DNA of 64,000 nucleotides, from contig CAVQKE010000003.1 in the NCBI GenBank assembly GCA_963713045.1, positions 1,344,001 through 1,408,000 of the forward strand, given 5' to 3'. Under the pieces are notes generated by a model. The model worked only from the letters and a program-made list of their open reading frames with translations, made no database searches and was not told the DNA's origin. The translations under genes and the position numbers were made by a program. Position 1 is the first letter of the stretch, and every line of letters begins with the position of its first letter. Of the stretch, positions 56,881-64,000 are shown one piece after another. Source of the DNA: an uncultured delta proteobacterium (GTDB taxonomy: Bacteria; Myxococcota; Myxococcia; Myxococcales; Myxococcaceae).

Positions 56881-57159
56881 ATGCGTCTCTCCTTTCTCGT
56901 CCCCCTTCTCGCGCTCGCCGTTCTCAGCGCGTGCAACGACAACTGCCGCAACCTGGCAAATACACTGTGCAACTGCGCCGTCAACACCAACGACAAGAAC
57001 ACGTGCTTGACCGGCGTGGCGAACCGCGCGTCCAACATCAGCGTTTCGTCGGAGCAGGACACCTACTGCGGGGAACTGCTTCCCCTCTGCGACTGCCATA
57101 CGGTGAATACCGTCCAGGGCAAGTACGCCTGCGGCCTGGCACGGCTGCCCATTCCGTAG
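56881..57159 (+). CDS. Small Cys-rich lipoprotein
   Basis: MRLSFLVPLLALAVLSAC lipobox plus 8 further Cys. Confidence 0.75.
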   Translation: MRLSFLVPLLALAVLSACNDNCRNLANTLCNCAVNTNDKNTCLTGVANRASNISVSSEQDTYCGELLPLCDCHTVNTVQGKYACGLARLPIP

Positions 57160-57173
57160 CGCGCTTTCTGTCG

Positions 57174-58064
57174 CTAGCCCGCTCGGCCGAAGAGCACCCA
57201 GCCAACCATCGCGAGGTAGAGCGCGAGGTTGAGCAGGGTGGGTCCGTCCGAGAGAAGCACGCGCTCTGGAGCGCCCCCCGCTCCGCGCCGTTGCAGGAGG
57301 TAGAGGTAGCGAAGGATGCCGTAGACCACGAAGGGGACGGTGAATTTCATCCGGTCGCTGCCCACCTTCTCGAGGGTGTCGGGAGCCACGGTGTACAGGG
57401 CGTAGGCAACCAGGCAGGCCGAAGCGACGAGCGTCAGCATTTGGTCCAAAAGCGGGATGGAGTAGTCCGCCAGCGTCGCCCTGTGCCCCTGCGGCTCGGC
57501 GCCGTCGAGCGAGACGAGCTCCGCCCGCCGCTTCCCGAGCGCCAGAAAAAGCGCAAGCAAGAGCGCGCAGAGGAAGAGCCAGTTCGAGACGGGCACATCA
57601 ATGGCGGCGGCGCCGCCATAGACGCGCAGGACAAAGCCCGTGGCGATGACGAGCACGTCCACAATGACGTAACGCTTGAGCCAGAAAGTGTAGCCGAGCT
57701 CAATGAGGACGTACGCCAGGGCAATGGGGGCAACGTTGGGACCAGCCAAAGTTGCCAGGACGCCTCCAATGACCCAGCAAACGAGAACCAGTCCGGCCGC
57801 GCCGGCCGCACCAATTTCGCCAGCAGCAATGGGACGGTTCTTCTTTTCGGGGTGGAGTCGGTCCTGGGCTTGGTCCACCCAGTCGTTGACGATGTAAAGG
57901 CCGCTCGCCAATGCACAGAAAGAAAGGAAGGCGAGCGTCGCATGCCAGGCCGCCCCCGGCACAGTAATCGCGCGCGCAAACAGAAGCGGGGCGTAGACCG
58001 CGAGATTCTTCGTCCACTGGCGCGGCCGCAGCGCGCGAATCGCCGCCGGCGTGCGAGGAGCCAT
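57174..58064 (-). CDS. UbiA-family polyprenyl-phosphate phosphoribosyltransferase-like protein
   Basis: LRPRQWTKN, YIVND..D...DRLHPEKKNRPIAAG, GFVLR, KRRAE. Confidence 0.85.
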   Translation of the reverse strand: MAPRTPAAIRALRPRQWTKNLAVYAPLLFARAITVPGAAWHATLAFLSFCALASGLYIVNDWVDQAQDRLHPEKKNRPIAAGEIGAAGAAGLVLVCWVIGGVLATLAGPNVAPIALAYVLIELGYTFWLKRYVIVDVLVIATGFVLRVYGGAAAIDVPVSNWLFLCALLLALFLALGKRRAELVSLDGAEPQGHRATLADYSIPLLDQMLTLVASACLVAYALYTVAPDTLEKVGSDRMKFTVPFVVYGILRYLYLLQRRGAGGAPERVLLSDGPTLLNLALYLAMVGWVLFGRAG

Positions 58065-59363
58065 TACGGCCGTCCGATGCCGTGGTAGCTGAACCCGCGC
58101 TCGCGCATTTTTCCCGGGTCAAAGATGTTGCGCCCGTCGAACACCACTGGCTGCTTGAGGAGCGCCTTCATTCGGTCGAAGTCCGGATGTCGGAAGTCAT
58201 TCCACTCGGTGAGCACAAAGAGTCCGTCGGCACCGTCGAGGGCCTCGTAGGGAGTCGCTGCATACGTCACCCGCGTTCCGAAGTGGCGACGGGCGACGTC
58301 AATAGCAACCGGGTCATGCACCGACAGCCGCGCGCCCTTGCCGAGCAAGGCCTCTACCATGACGAGGGCCGGTGCTTCGCGCATGTCGTCAGTGCGCGGC
58401 TTAAAGGCCAGGCCCCAGATGGCAAACGTGCGTCCGGACAGCTCCCCGTAGTGTTTCTGCGCCTTTTGAAGCAGCGCGCGCTTCTGGCGCTCGTTCGTGC
58501 GCTCGACAGCACGGAGTAAGTCGAACTCAAGCGCATGCTCGCGGGCCATGGCCACCAGCGCTTTGACATCCTTGGGAAAGCAGCTGCCACCGTAGCCGAC
58601 TCCGGGAAACAGGAATGGGTACCCAATCCTCTGGTCGGCGCCCATGCCCTTGCGGACGGAGTCGACATCAGCGCCCACCTTCTCGCAGAGGATGGCTATG
58701 TCATTCATGAACGAGATGCGGGTGGCCAGCATCGCGTTGGCGGCGTATTTCGTTAGCTCCGCGCTCCGGGTGTCCATGAAGAGGATGGGCGCCTGGGTAC
58801 GGACAAACGGGGCGTAGAGCTCTGCCATAATGTTCCGGGCTCGGTCAGAAGAGGCGCCAATGACGATGCGGTCCGGTTTGAGGAAGTCGTCGATGGCTGC
58901 CCCTTCCTTGAGGAACTCGGGGTTGCTCACCACGTCGAAAGGCTGGTTCGTGACTTTGGAGACGACGTCCTTCACCTTGTCCGCCGTACCGACCGGCACG
59001 GTGCTCTTGTCGACGATGACCGCAATAGCGCCTCATCGCTCGACCGACGTCTACTGCTGCAGCGAGGACGTACTGCAGGTCCGCATCGCCAGTTTCGCCC
59101 TCGGGGGTTCCGACGGCGATGAACACAACTTCGGACCGGCCCACCGCGGCGACGAGGTCGAGGCTAAACGACAGCCGCTTCTCGCGAACGTTCTTCGAGA
59201 TGAGCTCCTCGAGCCCGGGCTCATAGATGGGGACTTCGCCCGCGAGAAGGCGGTTAATTTTCGAAGCGTCGATGTCCACGCAGATAACGTCATTGCCGGA
59301 GTCGGCGAAGCAGGTCCCAGCGACCAGGCCCACATAGCCAGTCCCAACGATGGTGAGTTTCAT
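58064..59363 (-). CDS. ugd: UDP-glucose 6-dehydrogenase, frameshift near 59025
   Basis: VGTGYVGL, IAVGTP, SNPEFLKEG, GYGGSCFPKD, GLAFKP.TDDMRE, DGRN. Confidence 0.92.
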
Positions 59364-59411
59364 GTGTGGTACCTGGATTTCGCTCAAAGCGCCCGGAGAG
59401 GCAACGACAAG

Positions 59412-60401
59412 TCAAGCCTGGCCAATGTGGCGTCGAGTGAGGAAGCGCCTCAGGCGGTCCGCTCCACGGAGCTCGCGCATCCTGCCGAGTTGCCCGAGCG
59501 GGTGAACAAGGACACCCTCAAGGGCTTGTCGGACAAGACGCGAGAGTGCCGGCTGAAGCGTCCGGGCGACACTTGCAGTTTCCGGAAAGAGCTCCGCGGC
59601 GATGCCGCACGACGCGTAGAGCGCGCGGTCTAGCTTGAGTGCATGGGCCCTATTGCGAAGCGAAGCAGTGTCGAGCGGCCTCGAATAGGGACCGCCCAGA
59701 GCAGGAGCGCCGAGGAGAAGTTCGCGGAGGTCCACGAAGGAAATGTACGGGACATCATAGCCGGCCCGGGCGTGCTCGAAGCAGAGGCCGAGGAGGGCGT
59801 CCTCAGCGGTGAGGCGAAAGAAGGAGGGACCGTAGACGCGTACCGGGAGCACGCGGTTAAGCAGCGCGCGGTCCTCGGCCTCGAAGCCTGGACCAAAAAG
59901 GCTCGTGAAGAGGTGAATGGGGGTCCGCCCGTCGGTGAGGGAGCGGGCGGCGCCGGCCGGTCGGACTTCGTCAGGTGCCGGTTTGAACTGGCCCTGAGCG
60001 AGGAACCCCGCGAAGCCGTCCAAATCGCCTTCAGGGAAGCAGCAGAGCAATGTCGATGACGGGCCGAAACGCAATGTGCGGGTAAAGCGCCTCGGCGAAG
60101 CTCGCGCCACCAAGGAGGACGACCTTTCTGCCCTCGAGGTCATCGACGACGCGCTTAAAGTTGACGAGCTTCATCACGTTGTCGTTGGCAGTGCCCTGGT
60201 AGACGGAGAGGAGCTGTCTCGCGCCCACTCGGGCGCGTCACCGCCCGCAAGGCGGTATTCGAGGTTGTAGGCCGCGAGCGCTGCGAGTCCGTTCGCAATG
60301 GCCCACTCGACGTAGACCTCCCACGGCGCGCCCGCGAGTGACTGGCGCGCCGGAGAGAAGGCGGCGAGGACGCGGAAGGTATCGAGCAGCGCGCGAGGCA
60401 T
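59412..60401 (-). CDS. Uncharacterised nucleotidyltransferase-family protein, frameshifts near 60205 and 60045
   Basis: LLGGASFAEALYPHIAFRPVIDIALL matches the LKG...Y...R...DID pattern; continues in the 59412 frame. Confidence 0.6.
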
Positions 60402-60492
60402 GGTGTCGGCAGCGTCTCGTAGCAGAAACCTGGCCCCCTCACCGCAAGTCGGCTGGACGAGGTGTGTCCGAGGCTGGCAACCTCGGAGGCCG

Positions 60493-61038
60493 GTGAGTAC
60501 TTCCCTGCCCTCGACGGTGCTCAATCTCGGGTCGGGCACGAAGCCACGCCCGGGCGCTTTGAACGTGGACGTCACCGCGCGAACTCAACCGGACCTAGTT
60601 CACGACCTGGACAAGACGCCCTGGCCGCTCCCGGACAGCTACTTCAACGAGGTCCATGCCTACGACGTTGTCGAGCACTTACGGGACATCCCACGAACAA
60701 TGGAGGAGATTCACCGAGTCTGTGCACCAGGGGCCCGCGTCTTCATCACCGTCCCGCACTTCTCGTCTGCAAACTCCTTCACCGACCCGACGCACCGACA
60801 CCACTTTAGCGCGCGAAGCATGCTTTACTTCACTGACGAGCATAAGCTCGGCTTTTACTCGACAGCACGCTTCCGGCAGCAACAGGCGCTGATTGTATTC
60901 GGGCAGTCGTTGACGAATAGGTTCGTGCACCGGCTCGCGAACCGCTTCGTCATCCCGTACGAGGAACGTTGGGCGTGGATTTTCCCGGCTTGGTTCCTCT
61001 ACTTCGAGCTCGAAGCGCTTAAGCCCGAGCCCGCGTGA
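60493..61038 (+). CDS. SAM-dependent methyltransferase-like protein
   Basis: LNLGSG, HDL...PWP, VVEHL, EIHRVC.PG, DPTH; GGAGG before GTG 60493. Confidence 0.8.
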   Translation: MSTSLPSTVLNLGSGTKPRPGALNVDVTARTQPDLVHDLDKTPWPLPDSYFNEVHAYDVVEHLRDIPRTMEEIHRVCAPGARVFITVPHFSSANSFTDPTHRHHFSARSMLYFTDEHKLGFYSTARFRQQQALIVFGQSLTNRFVHRLANRFVIPYEERWAWIFPAWFLYFELEALKPEPA

Positions 61039-61041
61039 GGA

Positions 61042-62526
61042 CTACTTTCTAATAGGCACGACATTTTCGGCCGCCGCGATGGGCGGGAACGTAACTCGAG
61101 CGATCATCGCGGCCGCTGCGTCGGCTATGAGCTCGAGCCCGAGCTCGTCGTCGCGGTCGACGTCCGCCCGGCCATCCCGCCACGTCATGGCGAGGTAGCC
61201 CATGCCTCGCTCACCATGAGCAAGCTCGACCCTTGCCTCGACAGGAAAGCTCGTGCCACCGGCCCGTTCTGTCTCGAAGAGAACGCTCTCGCGACGCGGA
61301 CCGGCGGCTTCATCAATACGAAGCTCAAGCCGTGCAGCACCCAATTGCTCGGCCAGGGGTCGAACAGAGTTCCAGAGATCGGACAGGTTGGCTGAAGCCT
61401 GGACGTTTCGGACAACCTCGCGAAGGAGGTAGCGCAATTGCTGGTTGCGACGGCGGATGAGGGTCGCGGCCTTGTTCTCGCGCAAATCGAGGTAACCGAG
61501 CTTCCGCATTAGGACGAACACGACGACCGACACGGCGATTAGCAGCAGCGCGCTCTGCACGCCATTGGCGAAGGCCAGACCGAGCGCAGTAAACGCGAAG
61601 AGGCAGCACAAACCGTAGAGGACAAGCACCGCGCTCCGCTGGCTCAGGCGAAGGCGGGACATGAGGCGATGATGGATGTGATCCTTATCTGCGTCGAAAA
61701 GCGAGCGCCCGAGGATTGCACGCCGGATCATAGCCAGGAGCGTGTCCATGATCGGCAGGCCAAGAGCGATAACCGGAACAAGCATGGCGACTGTGGTGCC
61801 CGATTTCGTCGACGACTTCACCGCGACGGCTGCAAGGACAAAGCCGAGGAACATGCTCCCGGTGTCCCCCATGAAGATGGAGGCCGGGTTGAAGTTGAAG
61901 ACGAGAAAGCCGAGAATCGCGCCGCCGAGAGCAGCCATAGCTAGGCTGACCAGAACGTCGTGGCGTGAGAACGCGAGGATGAAGTTGGTCGCAACGACGA
62001 AGAGAGCGACCCCCCCCGCCAGGCCATCCAATCCGTCGATGAGGTTGATCGCGTTGATGACCCCGACGATCCAGAGGATGGTAAAGGGAAGCGCCAGCAT
62101 GCCAAGCGCAAGCGGCGGACCGAAGGGCCAGGACAAAATCTCGATCCGAAAGCCGATAGCGTAGAGGAGCAGAGCGACGCCAGTCTGGACCGAGAACTTC
62201 AGTCTCGCGCCCGCCCCATAGAGATCGTCGTACAGCCCGAGGGCAGCGATAGCGAAGCCCCCGAGGTAAAGGCCGAGGATGAGGTCACGCTGCTGCCGGA
62301 AGATGAGCGCAACCGCCGAGTCGACGACGAGGAGCGCTGTGATGGGCGCGTTGAAGGCAAGCACAATGGCCACCCCGCCGAGACGAGGAACCGGCCTCGC
62401 GTGCACCTTTCGGCTGGACTTCGCCTGGTCGTACCAGCCGAGGTTCACGGCGCGGTTGCGCACGACGATGGTCAGGACTGCGCCGACCATTAGTGCTAGC
62501 AAAAAGGCAACGAAGTCAGTGATCAC
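61042..62526 (-). CDS. WecA/MraY-family undecaprenyl-phosphate HexNAc-1-P transferase with C-terminal extension
   Basis: PRLGG, GLYDD, NLIDGLDGLA, FMGDTGS, DKDHIHHR; start uncertain. Confidence 0.9.
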   Translation of the reverse strand: MITDFVAFLLALMVGAVLTIVVRNRAVNLGWYDQAKSSRKVHARPVPRLGGVAIVLAFNAPITALLVVDSAVALIFRQQRDLILGLYLGGFAIAALGLYDDLYGAGARLKFSVQTGVALLLYAIGFRIEILSWPFGPPLALGMLALPFTILWIVGVINAINLIDGLDGLAGGVALFVVATNFILAFSRHDVLVSLAMAALGGAILGFLVFNFNPASIFMGDTGSMFLGFVLAAVAVKSSTKSGTTVAMLVPVIALGLPIMDTLLAMIRRAILGRSLFDADKDHIHHRLMSRLRLSQRSAVLVLYGLCCLFAFTALGLAFANGVQSALLLIAVSVVVFVLMRKLGYLDLRENKAATLIRRRNQQLRYLLREVVRNVQASANLSDLWNSVRPLAEQLGAARLELRIDEAAGPRRESVLFETERAGGTSFPVEARVELAHGERGMGYLAMTWRDGRADVDRDDELGLELIADAAAAMIARVTFPPIAAAENVVPIRK

Positions 62527-63163
62527 GGATGCAATGAGGAGTTTGGCACGGTACGGCGAAGGAAGCGCAAGTCGAGTCCAAAGAGAATTGCTCGTTCCCT
62601 TTGCGACCGTCATGACGTCCCGGCGCCACTCCGATCGGCCGTCTGAGAGCTCGGACCCCACCGAGGTGGGCGACCAGTACGAGCGCGAGTGGCCAAGAAG
62701 CGGCTGGCCTGACCGATGGCATGCGCGGTGCCCGAGGCCCCAGTGACACGCGCTGTCATTGAATTGTTGCGTTCAGGGCCGAATTCGTTCCAGACCGTCG
62801 TTGACGTTAGTCGCGCGACCAACTTCGACGATTCCCTGTTCGTTCTAGAACAACGAAGAGACGTTGTCGGCGTGGAACTCTCGCGCCGACCCCTCAAATT
62901 AGGGCCGCGGCATGGTCGCCGTAGGCGCATCCAGAGAGGTACTACCGCCCGGGCCTTCGAACCAGGCGTCGGCTCGGACACCGTCGAGCTGATTCCCTCG
63001 GATAAACCTATCCGAGCGGAGCCGACCAGCGTCAACTCTGAGCGCACTGCCCAGCATCGTTCAATCGGTTAGACCAATCAAAACTCAGGTAGGACGGGCT
63101 GGCAATCACCCGTCTTCGGGCTCGCGCTTCGAAATGGATCGCTCTCGTGGTTCGTCGATGTTG

Positions 63164-64000
63164 ATGACTCAGAATGGTCAGGCACCGGTGCGGACCTGGC
63201 ATCTCGTGACCGGCGAGTACCCTCCACAGTCCGGAGGGGTCTCCGACTATACGCAGCAGCTCGCACGAGCGTTGAGCGATTCGGGTCGGCAGGTGCACGT
63301 CTGGGCTCCGGGAACCAACACAGAGCGCGCCGATGGAGCGATAACCGTTCATGGACTGCCGAGTTTTGGTCCCGCTGGTCTGCACGCCCTCTCGATTGGT
63401 CTAAAGGCGGTTCCTGGGCCACGCCGACTACTGGTCCAATACGTCGCGAGCGCCTACGGATTCCGCGGGATGAACCTTCCGTTTGCGCTCTGGCTAGCGA
63501 GCTGGAGCAGTGACGAGGTCTGGGTCCAGTTTCACGAAGTGGCCTACAGCTTCGCGTGGCGACAGCGACCTCAGCGAAACGTACTAGCCGCAGCCGAATG
63601 GCTTATGGCCCAGCTCATTGCGGGACGCGCCGACCGTGTATTCGTTTCTATCCCTGCGTGGCGGCGTCAACTGGGACGGCACGCCCAGCGTGCAGAGGTG
63701 CTTTCGATCCCCAGCAACGTGCCAGTCGACGTGAAACCGGAAGACGTCGAACGTGTCGTCGCTCGCCTCGGGCCAGGTCCGCTGGTCGGGCACTTCGGGA
63801 CGTACGGTACGTGGGTTGCCGGCCTCCTGCGACCGGTGGTTCGCACGATTCTGCAAAGCGCGCGCGACGCTCGGCTAGTCCTCCTCGGAATCGGAGGACT
63901 CGATTTCGCGCGGAACCTGGTAACGACCTATCCTGACTTGGCAGCGCGCATCATCGCACCGGGCGCGCTCGCCGCCGCCGACGTTTCATGCCACCTTGCA
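63164..64000 (+). CDS. GT4-family glycosyltransferase, 3'-partial
   Basis: Not in the ORF track; reads WHLVTGEYPPQSGGVSDYT...QFHE...IPSNV...GHFG to the window end. Confidence 0.75.
   Translation, partial: MTQNGQAPVRTWHLVTGEYPPQSGGVSDYTQQLARALSDSGRQVHVWAPGTNTERADGAITVHGLPSFGPAGLHALSIGLKAVPGPRRLLVQYVASAYGFRGMNLPFALWLASWSSDEVWVQFHEVAYSFAWRQRPQRNVLAAAEWLMAQLIAGRADRVFVSIPAWRRQLGRHAQRAEVLSIPSNVPVDVKPEDVERVVARLGPGPLVGHFGTYGTWVAGLLRPVVRTILQSARDARLVLLGIGGLDFARNLVTTYPDLAARIIAPGALAAADVSCHLA

Noticed and set aside
57087..57098. Heme motif in the small lipoprotein
   Set aside because: The sequence is CDCH (CxCH), not CxxCH
1..64000. CRISPR arrays, tRNA/rRNA, IS elements, and the many Arg/Pro-rich alternate-frame ORFs
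   Set aside because: No repeat-spacer array, RNA gene or transposase was recognised by eye; the extra ORFs are high-GC shadows of real genes

Overview
High-GC window with myxobacterial hallmarks: a MYXO-CTERM tail, DGG/DAG-rich lipoproteins and epsZ/epsY/epsX/epsW/epsV-like synteny. At least eight genes are split by apparent small indels, which suggests an error-prone long-read assembly. Layout: (1) 1-12.2 kb holds regulators (SARP/BTAD, two ECF sigmas, a putative anti-sigma) and a co-oriented run of two multiheme c-type lipoproteins, YceI, a CxxCH-bearing beta-barrel and a MYXO-CTERM cytochrome. (2) About 12.3-54.1 kb is a Wzx/Wzy exopolysaccharide locus resembling the Myxococcus eps locus. 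(3) 54-64 kb holds further surface-glycan genes (WaaL-TPR, UbiA-type transferase, Ugd, WecA-like, GT). The most notable feature lies inside the EPS locus at about 16.5-25 kb. Two paralogous ~50-aa acidic peptides share an identical 24-residue C-terminus (DEAEFKVTVRKLEVPVRPRGVLAE) that differs only at synonymous sites. They bracket two RRE-like/heme-oxygenase-like diiron enzymes, a vasohibin-like Cys-His-Ser peptidase, an adenylating ligase, a Zn-ADH and a PaiB protein, and each peptide sits next to an ACP. I infer a scaffold-peptide (RiPP-like) pathway that may supply a modified building block for EPS decoration. All calls come from motif reading by eye; no searches were run.
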